NCBI RefSeq assembly: GCF_036971445.1
Contig: NC_091479.1
Span: 7,688,001 to 7,752,000 of the forward strand
Length of the DNA: 64,000 nt
Source: Narcine bancroftii
Taxonomy: Eukaryota
Direction of reading: 5' to 3'
In this document: piece after piece, positions 13,151 through 24,753 of the stretch
Position numbering within the stretch: position 1 is the stretch's first letter
How the letters are laid out: each line of letters starts with the position of its first letter
Program-made: the position numbers and the translations under genes
Notes under the pieces: generated by a model
Databases searched by the model: none
Told to the model about the DNA's origin: nothing
The model's input: only the letters and a program-made list of their open reading frames with translations

Positions 13151-15589
13151 TGGTTTTATATAAACATGAAGCTGCTGCGAAATAATAAATTTTGTGATAT
13201 GTCCATGACAATAAATTTTGATTCCGATAATACTGCCGCTGAATTTAACTGTTTTGCTGTTCATGTTATAAAGCTACTGTAAAAACAAAAAAACACACAA
13301 TGGGGGCCTCGAGATAAATATGGGTAAATTCTCACCTGGAAAGGGAAATGGAAAAAGTCTTTAAATATTGTCAAGGTGGAGTAGACAGATGCTTGGTAAA
13401 CAAGATGGTGAAAGGTTACTGAAGGCAGATGACTTGTAGAGCTCAAGTCACAATGAGGTCAGCCTGTGTGATTTGATCCTAACCTGAAAGCAGTGCTTAT
13501 ATCCAGTTCTCTGGTTGACAGAAAAATTGATTGCCCAGAATAAGATTGTTTGGAAATGGTCATGGTTTTGTATTCAGCTGGCTCATTAAAGCTGGACCAA
13601 GGATCATCGATTTTAGTGAAGTTTTAGGCCTAATACACCAGACAGAACACCTACATGCTTTTTAAAACCAAACCCTCTACATCTGCATCTGAAATAGCAA
13701 CATCAACACCACTCCTTCAAGGTTGACATTAGGTGTAGGTCTAAATTCTCTGAACTGGGAGGTGTGGTTTGACTTGGGGGCAGGTGGGAATGTGCCCGAC
13801 TGAGCAATGGTTGACGGGCAGTTGTCAATGCAAGTGTCAATCTTACCACCCTGTCTGCTGATTTGAAAGTGAGTTGATGAAAACAGAAAGGATCGTCTCT
13901 TTGAGATGGCAACAGGCAGTGATCTGTTGGCGACGTGTGGTTGAGGAACACAGGCTGCAGCCGACTTGAGGTCAAAGTACTCGAACCTGAATGTGGGCTA
14001 CTGGAGACTGGCTTGTGAGAACCGGGATTCGAGTGGGTGCTGATGGCAAAAAGAGCCCTGGGTGTTGAAGGCTTCATCATCGTGTGGAAGGTTTGGATCT
14101 GGAGCTTGGGTGCCAATAATTTGAACTGAACTGGAGTGTTGTGCGGCTGTAGGAGAGCAGGAGACGAATCCACGGAGGCTCAGTGGTGTTGGGGGGGGGG
14201 GGGGGGGGTGGGGGTGGAAGACTCTTTTGCTTCTCTTTCCCTGACTGTAAGGGATGACGGCCAATGCTCATGGTGAATCTTTGCTTTATGGCAGACGAAA
14301 GGGAATTTCATGTAATATTGCATTTCTGTTTTATTACATGACAAAAGATATCTGATAGCTGAAATGAATGAGTTTGAATATGGGCACCAGGGATGTCCAG
14401 TTTATGAAGAATGGACTGACACTAATGGACTTCTCTGACTACAGAAGGACTATCTGCCCTATGACAAGCCCTATTTTATTGCACTGGGATCACTAAATAT
14501 TTATAATCTTGCGTATTTTTTTTACCAGTACCTGTTCACCTGCAGCAAGTAAGAGTTTTGATGCATACATTCATGACAACAAACATGTTTCATCTGAAGC
14601 AGTAAAAGTTAGAAAGTGGACATGTTGAGATGGCCAGAGAGTAGAGATTCTTGGACTAGGGTGGAGATTGTCAAGGGTTCTGACAAAGAGTCTACAACTT
14701 GGAAATGTTCATTCGTTTGCTTTCTCCACTGACACTACTTGATTCTGGTCGTCTCTACATTAGAGAGACTGGGAGCTCATTTTGTTCAGCTCCCGGGCTC
14801 TGCTGCAATAGTGTGGATCTCCTAGTGGCCATTTCAATTCTCCATCCCATTCCCTTGCTGACATGTCTGTCCATGGTCTCATGCAGTGTAAATAAGAGGA
14901 ACACCACCTCATCTTTGTTCTGGACACCCTCCAACTGGTTGGCATGATATCAACTCCGGTTTCCGTTATCATCCTCCTGTCGTCTTTTCCCTCTGTCTCC
15001 TTTCACAGAGCCAAAATCAAATCTCAGAGCTAAGGAACACCCTTTGTTGGTCGGGATTCTTTCCCCTTTCCTCAGTTATTCAGACCCCTGCCTGCTTTTG
15101 CAGTAGGGCTCTTCCCAAACGTTGGGAACCTCCATTGGACGTTGCTGAGTGGTTAAGTCCCTCCAGCATTTCCTTTACACTTCAGATGCTTTTTTAAAAA
15201 AAAGATTAATGATCTTTCTCAATTTTCACGGTTCTCTGCAAAGATTTATCTCGGAGAAGAAACATCTTCACGTTTTGAATGGGTGACGAAGTAAAATGCT
15301 GGAGAAATTTGGCAGTGTCCTTCAGAGAGCAAAGAAACCTTGAGCCCTTCAAGGTCTGGACACCGCTCGCACTGGAAACAGTGCGTCTGTGTCCCATCCT
15401 GCAGAGGGAGGGAGATTGCTGTGGGATTTCGCCTCCTCGGCTGCAAGGAAGCCCCAGGTTGCGCACCAGGTTGGCCGGATCGCGCTTGAGTGGCGAAAGG
15501 AAAGGGAGAGAGCCCGTGGAAGGCGTGGTCTGGGAGCCGGCGTTTCTCTGCTCCTCCTCTCGGACGTGGTCCGGGCGCACTCGGCTCCC

Positions 15590-15701
15590 ATGGCCTCCGA
15601 CGTGGCCCGAATCCTGGACGCCGCCGACTTGGCGGCGAGCAAGCACAGGCACCAGCGGCGCAAAGACGCGGAGCAGACTCCGTACATCAACCACCCCCTG
15701 G
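15590..15701 (+). CDS. HDDC3: HDDC3/MESH1 (ppGpp/NADPH phosphatase) exon 1
   Basis: MASDVARILDAADLAASKHRHQRRKDAEQTPYINHPL; donor G|gtaagg; CpG-rich context. Confidence 0.95.
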
Positions 15702-15784
15702 GTAAGGTGCACGCCCGGCCCCGCCGACCAAACCCCATCCAGCCGCATGCACGTTGGGATTTATTGTTTCTGTCTGTTTCAAAG

Positions 15785-15840
15785 GCGTTTCCCGAATCCT
15801 GACCCATGAAGCTGCAGTGACCGACGTGGCCGTCCTGCAG
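15785..15840 (+). CDS. HDDC3: HDDC3 exon 2
   Basis: ttcaaag|GC; VSRILTHEAAVTDVAVLQ; CAG|gtaaat; intron 1 is only 83 nt. Confidence 0.93.
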
Positions 15841-16059
15841 GTAAATGCCTTTTCCCTGAGCCCATGACAAGGCTGCCCCCCCCCCCCCCCCCCCCCCATT
15901 TACCACCGAGAGGTAGCAGTAGGCTTCCACGCTGTGCACTTGCAGGTTGGACCACGCCAGCTTCCGCTGAAACACTGCTCCGTCCTTTATTTTCATCTGA
16001 TGAAACAGCATTCTCGGGTCCTCGGTGGAAAACACGCAGACACACAACCAGACAGAACA

Positions 16060-17090
16060 CACAATACATAATGCAGGACAAATATACAAGTAAGTATTGT
16101 GTGAGCCGTTCCTTTGGTCGTTCCTCAGCCTGGTGGTGCTGGCTCTGATCCTCCTGGATCTCTTCCCCCATGGGAGCAGCTGAAAGATGCTGTGTGTGGG
16201 GTGGAAGGGGGTCCTCCCTGATTTTACACACCCTCCTCAGACAACAATCTCAGTGCATCGCATTGATGGGGGGAGGGAGACTCCAGTAATCCTCTCTCTG
16301 GTCCTGTGGTTTGACCGCCAATCCATTTCTCTGCAGCAACCGTACCGCACTGTGATGTAGCTGAGCTCCTGTAGAAGGTTGACATAATGGTGGTCGTTAG
16401 CCTTGCCCACTTCAGTCTCCTCAGCTGGCTTGACACTTTCAATAGAGCTCCTGAAGAAGGTTGACATAATGGTGGTCGTTAGCCTTGCCCACTTCAGTCT
16501 CCTCAGCTGGCTTGACACTCTCAATAGAGCTCCTGAAGAAGGTTGACATAATGGTGGTCGTTAGCCTTGCCCACTTCAGTCTCCTCAGCTGGCTCGACAC
16601 TCTCAATAGAGCTCCTGAAGAAGGTTGACATAATGGTGGCCTCCTTCAGTCTTCATAGGAAGTGCAGTCGCTGTTGCGCCTTCCTGACAAGTGAGGAAAT
16701 GTTCACGATAGGTCACTAGTCAAGTGAACTCCAAGGATCCTGGTGTCCTCCACTCTCTCTACTGCAGAGTTATTGATGTGGAGTGGAGGGTGGTCATTCC
16801 TGGTCCTCCTGAAGTCCACGATCATCTCCTTCATCTTGTCCACGTTGAGACTCAGATTGTTCCTCTCGCACCATTTCGCGAGTTTTTCCACCTCTATGGC
16901 GCGACTCATCGTTGTTGCAGATGAAACCTGAGGGGTGCCTGTGCTCATTGTGGTGGTCCTTGATGATCTGGTACCGACCCGGACAGACTGTGTTCTTTCC
17001 ATTAGGAAGTCCAGAATCCAGTTACAGAGAGGGTCATTGCATCCAGTGAGGACTGCCCCTCTCACATTATGCAGGACTAGGTCGCATTCC
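16060..17090 (-). mobile_element. Rex1/Babar-like LINE RT fragment
   Basis: LCNWILDFLMERTQSVRVG...WCERNNLSLNVDKMKEMIVDFRR and LRRLK...STFYRSSIES motifs, degenerate. Confidence 0.7.
16363..16640. repeat. 82-bp tandem repeat, ~3.4 copies
   Basis: GAGCTCCTG(T/A)AGAAGGTTGACATAATGG recurs at 16363, 16445, 16527 and 16609. Confidence 0.9.
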
Positions 17091-17241
17091 CCCAGCATAA
17101 CCTTAGATTACGATCTATCGTGACTGTTTGTGAACTCTCATCCAGAGCCGACCGAACCATTGAGTGTTGTCTGCTTGTGAGATGCCTATTACCGATTGAT
17201 GACAATTCAGTTGCCCAGTCCCTCTTGTGTTCTACCTCAAG

Positions 17242-17482
17242 GCAGCGCTCCTCCACGACACTGTCGAAGATACTGACACCACGCTGGAGGAGATCGAGGA
17301 GAGGTTTGGAGAGAAGGTCCGGAGTATTGTGGCTGAGGTGACGGATGATAAATCCCTTTCCAAGGTGGAGCGGAAGGAGCTTCAGATCCAGCACGCACCT
17401 CACTGCAGCCATGAAGCCAAGTTGGTGAAACTGGCAGACAAACTGTACAATCTGCGAGACATGAAGTGCTGCACACCACAAG
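17242..17482 (+). CDS. HDDC3: HDDC3 exon 3 (HD motif)
   Basis: [14 protein letters not shown]...EVTDDK...[14 protein letters not shown]; donor G|gtcagt. Confidence 0.97.
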
Positions 17483-18623
17483 GTCAGTGCCCCTCTACCT
17501 CTGGGGCGAGGCTTTTTCTTAGCATTATTCTGATAATTGAGTCCAAGGTTAATGAGTGTCGGTGGAGATGGAGTTGCGTTTAGAGACTGAGTAGGTACTG
17601 AAGATTCCCTTCAGATGGGTTAGTCTGACAATCCAGTAGCTTTCTGGGGGCTGGCTTCTCATTCACATTTATTGAATGAGACATTTGGCTTTGATCTCGT
17701 GCCTTTGAGACATTGGCCAATGCCTGTTGATAAGTAGCCTCGTGGGGTAATCTTAATTCTGCCATGCTCTTGATCCCAGTTCCAGCAAATACATTGATCT
17801 GTGTTTTTTTGTTTGCCGGTTATGGTAATTTTTTTTTCCTCTTGGAGATTCTATGGCATTCATTCCTCACTCAGTTAGCGCGAGTGAATCTAACAGGTCC
17901 ATCGGTCATTGCATTATATAAATCATAAGAAAATGGAGTCAGCCCCCCCATCTGGGCCCCTACGAACCTGCTCCATCATTTAAGATCATGGCTGAAATGG
18001 CCGTGGCCTTAGCTCCATTCCCCATTTTTCAAACTTCTATTTATCAGGAAGCCTCCACCGCTTCCTTAATCAGAGAATTCCACAGATTTACTACTCTCTG
18101 GGAGAAGTAATTCCTCCTCATATCTGTCTTAAATCTACTCCCCTGAATTTGGTGGCTACGTCCCTAGTTCTCGTCTCATGCCAGTGGGAAGAAAAAACTT
18201 TCCTGCTTCTATCTTATCTATTCCTTTCATAATTTTATGTTTCTATAAGATCCTTCCCTCCTAAACACCAGTGAATATAGTCCTAGGCTTCTCCATATAC
18301 AGAAAAGTCCAAATATCGGGATGCCAGAAATCCAGACCACCCAAGAATCGAACGCTCTCAGCTTTTGTGTGTGGATGTGCATTGTGTAAGTGCCCAAGAA
18401 TCAGGAAAATCGAAAAATCCAGACTGATCCAAGCCCCGAGCAGTCCGGATTTTAGGACTTGCACTGTACTCATTAATTCTGCATTGGCCATTAAAGTGAT
18501 AAGATGCTGCATTATGTGGCAGGTTTTCTTTCATAGTAAGGAATGGATTGTGTCAGAAGGTTCAGGTACCTGTACAGGAATTAAGCCTCATCTCACCATG
18601 ACTTCTGTTGAATCATCATTCAG

Positions 18624-18757
18624 GATGGACAAAGGAAAGAGTCGAAGAATACTTCGTCTGGGCTTCCAAAGTAGTCGCTGGTCTTCGAGGAACCAATCAG
18701 GCCCTGGAAAATAGCTTGGATGCTCTGTTCAAAGAAAGAAACATTTTTACTCATTAA
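18624..18757 (+). CDS. HDDC3: HDDC3 exon 4 (terminal)
   Basis: ttcag|GA; WTKERVEEYFVWASKVVAGLRGTNQALENSLDALFKERNIFTH*; joined CDS 543 nt = 180 aa. Confidence 0.95.
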
Positions 18758-20764
18758 GTCACTCCCTCATCCTCTACATTAATTTTTCAATGGATATGTA
18801 AGAAAAATTGTTCCCTTTACAATATCACTCAATATTTATTTTGCCCTAAGTAAATATTAAGGAATTTGTGTGAGCTCTTTTTCTCTTCCTTGGCAAAGGA
18901 GGAAAAACCCAACACCCAACCCCAACCAACCAATTTTCCCCTGCAGCCGCTGCAACCGTGTCTGCCTGTCCCGCATCGGACTTGTCAGCCACAAACGAGC
19001 CCGCAGCTGACGTGGACTTTTACCCCCTCCATAAATCTTCGTCCGCGAAGCCAAGCCAAAGAAAAAGAAAAGGACTGAATAAACTCATCCTATGAGTTCC
19101 TTTGTTTTTAATTTAATTTGAAATTAATGTCCGCGGTTTAGATTGTTTTGTACCTTCAAAATTCAGATTTATTGTCAGAGTACATATCTGACATCACATA
19201 CAGCCCTGAGATTCTTTTTCCTGCAGGCGAGGCAGAATTACCACTTATCGGTAGTGCAAAAGAAAAACTGTATTCAAGAAAAGATATGTATACAAAAGAG
19301 AGAAATGTAAAAAGGAAGTTGAAACAAATTGTGCAATACAGGAAATAAATATTTAATAATAAATAAGGTGCAAAGCAAGAGTCCTTAAATAGCTGAAGGA
19401 TGTGATATTAAACAATTCGTGGTCTCTCTTCTAAATATATCTTTTGTTTTTCAATCTCAAAGAAATGGATTGATAGATTTTATTCGGCTGCAAGGCCTTT
19501 TAAAAAACCCTCTCCAGATGTGATCTTTCGCTTCAAAAAATTGAGGTATCTTCTTGAGAGTTTTTCATGTTTTTTGCTTTAGGTCCACTCACCGAAATCC
19601 AGTGCACTGTGGAACCATTTGTCCCACCGTACCTGCTGATTCCCTCATCAGTTCATTATCGTGTGTGGTAGTGAAATAATACTGAGCCCAGGGAGGGGCA
19701 TTCCAAGAATGAACTGGTCTGCCCTGGTTGCTTTCCAGACAACATATCTTATGGGAAGGAAAGTCTGCAGACACTGCAATGAAAGTAAAAACACAGAAAT
19801 GCTGGAGGAAATCAGCTGGTCTTGCAGCGTCCATTGGAGATAAAGATATATATCTGATGTTTTGGGCTTGAGCTCTTCCTCGAGGTTGATACCGAAATAT
19901 CTTTATCTCCTATGAGACAGGGTGAGTTCCTCCATCATCTCTGTTTTTGCATTTGGCTCTCAATGTCACTTCTGTTCCTAAATTCTAAAGGTTCCTGCTG
20001 CTCTCTTCCATCCATACTCACATCATGTTTGCTTTCTGACTTAAAGAGCCCAGACGCGAATGAAATGTTCATTCGGGATGAACCTGGAGGAAGGATGTAA
20101 GACACACGGCAGACGCCGCGGTTGAAGTGAAAACATGACGCTGGGAGAAACTCAGCAGGTCAAACCGTGTCCTTTATTATGTAGCGAAGCTAAAGATGTT
20201 TCGGGCTCTTCAGGGTAATGAGGAAAATGTAGACAGGCTGTTGAATTAATTCAAACCTGTAAAGTTTTGGTGAGGGGAACCTTCCTGGTCAGGCAAAGCA
20301 CAAACCACCCAGATAGAGTTGTGGAGCTGTACAGTGGGGAAGCCAGCTTGTCCATGGCAACGAGCGAGTTGCTGGTGTTTGGCGAATATCCTTCTCCATG
20401 CACCTGGCTGTGTCTATTCCATACCACCACTTCTCTGCAGGTTTATACCAACACAGTGAGAAGTTTCTTCTGCGAGCAATCTAACGGGTTAACTCTTACA
20501 TGCAAGTTGTACAAAGTAGAAGAACAGGAGCTCAATTGGAAAATAAACCAGTTGTACCAAGTAAAAACAGGATGGTGGGGGAAACTCAGCAGGTCAAACT
20601 CCAAACTTGATCTGGGCAAGGATAAAGATACAGAACCAGGCTTGAGCCTTTCATCTGTTTGACTTCAACCCCACGGTGTCTGCGGCCTTACCCCGTCCAG
20701 CCCCGGGGATACTGCGACAGCATGAAATCCGGGCTGAATGGCCTGCAGCAGGCCGCCGCTCCTG

Positions 20765-20835
20765 CCGTTGCCAAGGAGACGGGTGGCCGGAAGTCGCTGC
20801 GCTGTACCGGAAGTTGTTGCTCGGGAAGATGGCGG
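20765..20835 (+). promoter_or_regulatory. VPS33B proximal promoter motifs
   Basis: X-box-like GTTGCCAAGGAGAC 20767-20780; ETS/GABP CCGGAAGT at 20787 and 20807; YY1-like AAGATGGCGG 20826-20835 over the ATG; CpG-rich. Confidence 0.6.
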
Positions 20836-20918
20836 GCCGTCGAGATGCCCCGGAGCTGCCGGATTTTGGCGTCTTGAAACAGCTTGCCCGAGACCAGCTG
20901 ATCTACCTGCTGGAGCAG
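20829..20918 (+). CDS. VPS33B: VPS33B exon 1
   Basis: [30 protein letters not shown]; CAG|gtgggt. Confidence 0.95.
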
Positions 20919-21575
20919 GTGGGTGGGTCGGTGGAGGCTGCTGGTCTACCTGCGGGAGCGGGGGGGAGGGCTGTTGGTGTATCTGCTGGATAGGGGGCTG
21001 CTGGTCTACCTGCTGGAGCGAGAGTGCGGGTGCATCTGCTGGAGCAGGTGGGTGGGGGCTGCTGGTCTACCTGATGGAGTGGGGGTGCTGGTGCATCTGC
21101 TGGAACAGGTGGTGGGGTCTGCTGGTCTACCTGATGGAGTGGGGGTGCTGATGCATCTGCTGGAACAGGTGGGTGGGGGCTGCTGGTGTATTTGCTGGAG
21201 CTGGTGTGTTGGGGGCTGCAGGTGTATCTGCTGGACCAGGTGGGTTGGGGGCTGCTGGTGTATCTGCTGGAGTCAGGTGGGTGGGGAGCTGCTGGTCGAC
21301 CTGCTGGAGTGGGGGTGCTGGTGCATCTGCTGGAACAGGTGGTGGGGTCTGCTGGTCTACCTGATGGAGTGGGGGTGCTGATGCATCTGCTGGAACAGGT
21401 GGGTGGGGGCTGCTGGTCTATTTGCAGGAGCTGGTGCATTGGGGGCTGCAGGTGTATCTGCTGGACCAGGTGGGTTGGGGGCTGCTGGTGTATCTGCTGG
21501 AGTCAGGTGGGTGAGGAGCTGCTGGTCGACCTGCTGGAGCAGGGTGGGCTGCTGGTCTACCTGCTGGAGCAGGGG
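20897..21575. repeat. Minisatellite derived from the exon-1/intron-1 junction, with a 230-bp higher-order duplication
   Basis: Units like CTGGTCTACCTGCTGGAGCAGGTGGGTGGG; 21081-21310 is nearly identical to 21311-21540. Confidence 0.9.
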
Positions 21576-21879
21576 CGAGTGGCTATCCAGAGGATGCCAA
21601 TAACTGAGACCCTGTTAAAGGGCACAGGTGGCAGTGAGATTGGGAAGGGATGACTGACAGAAAATTTGTGACAGACAGTGTGGGGGGGGGTGGGGGTTAG
21701 AGATATTGGGGACTGGAGGGGGTGGAGTTGAGAGGGGCCGATATAATGGAGGGAGAGAGAGGGTGACGGGTACTGATCTAAGCAGACATGCAGTCACTTT
21801 CATACAGTTGTTCTTTGGAATCATGCAATAAGTTTGGAAATTTATCAACTTCCTTTCTCATGGAATCTGCTGTCTTTAG

Positions 21880-21960
21880 TTGCCAGGAAAGAAGGATTTG
21901 TTCATCGAGTCTGATCTAATGAATCCTCTAGACCGGATTGCAAATGTCACCATCCTGAAG
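21880..21960 (+). CDS. VPS33B: VPS33B exon 2
   Basis: [27 protein letters not shown]; ag/gt sites. Confidence 0.95.
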
Positions 21961-22957
21961 GTAGGTTTTAATGCTGACACTGACATTCATTTGTCATCTC
22001 TAATAACATCCTTTATGAATGTGACCCATTCCCTCTATGATCTATTACAAGCAATTGCACTGACCTCTTTCTCCTGGGACCCCTCTGCATCTTATCCACT
22101 GCCAATTGTGCCAAATGGTTTGGACATCCCCTCTACCTTCATCCTACCTATGGCCCTCTCTCCACTGGGGAAATAATGTTCCACCTCTGTTGCTTGGCCT
22201 CGGATGTTTAAAGACTGTGGATAACCTGGTTATCCAACAAGACTTGCACCCCCAGGTTCAGGAAGAGCTGCTCCCCCTCCACCTTCATACTCTTCAACAA
22301 CAAACTCAATCAGGGACTCATTTAAGGACACTTACTTTTGCACTTTATTAGTTTTTTTTCCCTGTATTTCTTTATTTGTTTATATGTGTACATTGAGTCC
22401 GGTTTTTTTTTTGCAGCGGCAGTATTGTGCAGAACAAGGTGCAAAACTATTATAAATTACAATTCTATAAATACAAGATTAAAAAAAAACTAGTGCACAA
22501 AAAGCGAAACATTGTGTACAGCTTTGTTTTGCACTACCAACAAGTGGTAATTCTGTCTCGCCCATAGGAAAAAGAATCTCAGGGTTGTATATGTATATGC
22601 TTTGACAATAAATCTGAAATCTGAACCTCCAGGGAGCTGGCAGCATCTAGTGAGCTGTTAAATAAATTAGATGGCAATTGAGTTCTGCAGATATTTCTGT
22701 GTAATATCTGCTCCACTATTAACAGTTACTTTCCTGTTTTAGTCCATGGATGAAATCTTTTGAGTCTGGTTGACCTCCAAGCTGCTCCTCCTGCCATGGA
22801 GAGGGCTCAAGTGTGTGAAATCATGCCCCAACAGGCTTAAAGACACTTTCTTTCCCAAAGCCACCAGGCTCCTGGATAAACCCCACCACAGTGCTCTCAT
22901 GTATTGAATGGTCTTTTTCATTTCAACCCTATGCTCTGTAACAGTGCTCTTGAAGAA

Positions 22958-23268
22958 AAAACACATTGCTGGAGAAACTCAGCAGGTCACACAAAGTATA
23001 CATTTTATAGCAAAGATAGAAATACATAACCAAAGTTTTGGGCTTGAGACTTCATTCCACCTCCCCACAACCTGCGCCCCCCCCCCGCCAACTATTTTAT
23101 TCAGGCACCTGCCCACATTTTGCTCATACCTTGATGAAGAGCTCAAGCCTGAAACATTGGTTATGGAGCTGTATCTTTGCTACATAAAGTACACTGATCA
23201 GCTGAGTTTCTCCAGCTTTGTGTTTTTATTTCAAATCATGGTGTTTGCAGACATTCATATTTTACTCT
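22958..23268. mobile_element. Fold-back Penelope pLTR remnant with hammerhead-like motif
   Basis: Inverted arms (GCTGGAGAAACTCAGC / GCTGAGTTTCTCCAGC); ACCTTGATGAAGAGCTCAAGCCTGAAACATTGGT near 23128. Confidence 0.6.
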
Positions 23269-23375
23269 TGTATGAATGTTAGAGCTGACTTGGTGAACTG
23301 CTTGCTGAAGAACCCTTCTCGCTGTACCAGATATAATGTGTCAATAAACTTGAAGCTTGTTTCTATGTTTTGCAG

Positions 23376-23437
23376 AAACACGATGTGGACAAGTTGTACA
23401 AACTGGAGAATAAGCTGATTCAAGGGGTCAATGACCA
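23376..23437 (+). CDS. VPS33B: VPS33B exon 3
   Basis: KHDVDKLYKLENKLIQGVND; CA|gtgagt. Confidence 0.93.
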
Positions 23438-23514
23438 GTGAGTATTGGTCTGACAGACCTGGATGAGGTATTGGGTGCTCAGTGGTGTTTGGGGTGGTGG
23501 CATTTTTTCGACTA

Positions 23515-24588
23515 CACTGGACAACAAATTTTTTCAAAAGGATTGCTTTCTGAAAAAATGGGAATTATGATTGTCAACTTCAAGCTGAACACAAAGATAA
23601 TTTCAGATTTGCTGTATCACGTCGGAAGTTGGATAAACATTAAATTAACTTTTATTGAATTTAGCAAGTTTAATCCCATCGTGACGCTGACACGTTGCAT
23701 TAGTTCAACTGACCTAGAAATGTTTTGCTACTGATTTTCGTTTGTACTCAGCATCTGATGCCTCTCATGTCAGTGTCCAACAATAGTCGGCCTGCATTGA
23801 TGGATTCCTGTTGCCCTGATCCTGCTTTACCATGGTTGCAATATCCTGGTGAAACCTTTCACTATGTTCGCCACTGACTGCATCAAGATTAGCAGGGAAG
23901 CTGCCCAGGAGACTGTACTTCCCAATTTACACCCTATTAACCTACACCTACTAGCTTGAAGAGGCATGAAATTGTCTGATCTCAGAAGTAAAGCAAGCAC
24001 TGGCGTGGTCAGTACTTGGCGGGGAGTCTGTCAAGGAACACTACACTAGGTGATGTAGGTTTCTGAGAGGGGCGCAAGACAAAGTGGTGACTCTGTCAAA
24101 GAATTTCATGTATGTTACATTCCAAATGTAGTATTACTTGACAATAATGGAACCTTTATCTTTACCTCTGGTGCTTTTTGAATGGTGGGAGGAAACCGGA
24201 GCCCCTGGAGAAAACCCACACAATCCCAGGAAGAACGTACAAACTCCTGGCAGACGGTGTGGGATTTGAACCTCGGTCCAGTCCAGATCTCTGGTGCTGT
24301 AAAAGCGTTGCGCTAACCACTACGCCAAATTCAATACGTGAGGTGCTTTTAAAGCATATCTGCAGCTATCCTGACTAAGCATGTCCAGGCCTAAGACCAC
24401 ATTTGGATAGAACCTGCAGTGAGCGCGTGCCCAGGCTTGTTTGGACTGACCAAAACACCTTGCTTTGTGGGCAATGTACTACTAGAAGAAATCACAAAAT
24501 ATCTAAAAAAAACGGTACGTGATCAGCATCCCAAATCTATAAAATAGCCCCAAAAGTGTTCAGGAAACAAAATTTTTGTTGTCCAGTG
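23515..24588 (-). mobile_element. Chapaev3-like non-autonomous DNA transposon with nested SINEs
   Basis: TIRs CACTGGACAACAAA / TTTGTTGTCCAGTG; 3-bp TSD CTA; transposase C-terminal remnant. Confidence 0.7.
23950..24165 (+). mobile_element. 5S rRNA-derived SINE (SINE3-like)
   Basis: GTCTGATCTCAGAAGTAAAGCAAG...GGTCAGTACTTGG...GGTGATGTAGGTTT resembles 5S rRNA ~nt 37-120, followed by a non-5S tail shared with the copy at ~52440. Confidence 0.7.
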
Positions 24589-24703
24589 CTATTAGTCAGT
24601 GCTGGCACACTGCCTTCCAGTTATTCCTTATGGCGTGACGGGGATCAACTTTGAAGCTTCACACCTGGGCATTTACTTGATGTGTCGTATCCGCATTTTA
24701 CAG

Positions 24704-24753
24704 ATTGTGTTTTCTGATCCGACCTCGGATTTCCAGTGTGAAACAGATAGCAG
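24704..24753 (+). CDS. VPS33B: VPS33B exon 4
   Basis: LCFLIRPRISSVKQIA; cag|A ... G|gtaaga. Confidence 0.93.

Noticed and set aside
15206-16231. Overlapping 140-250 aa ORFs on both strands
   Set aside because: By-product of the GC-rich HDDC3 promoter/exon region; no recognisable domains besides the HDDC3 exons
15590-18757. Bacterial-like SpoT/RelA HD hydrolase suggesting HGT
   Set aside because: Standard intron-containing metazoan MESH1/HDDC3
20738-21653. Several long ORFs (WSTCWS / LLVYLLE repeats)
   Set aside because: Translations of the intronic minisatellite; not a separate gene
23950-24065. 5S rRNA gene
   Set aside because: Diverged, 5'-degenerate and fused to a SINE tail; SINE3-like rather than functional 5S
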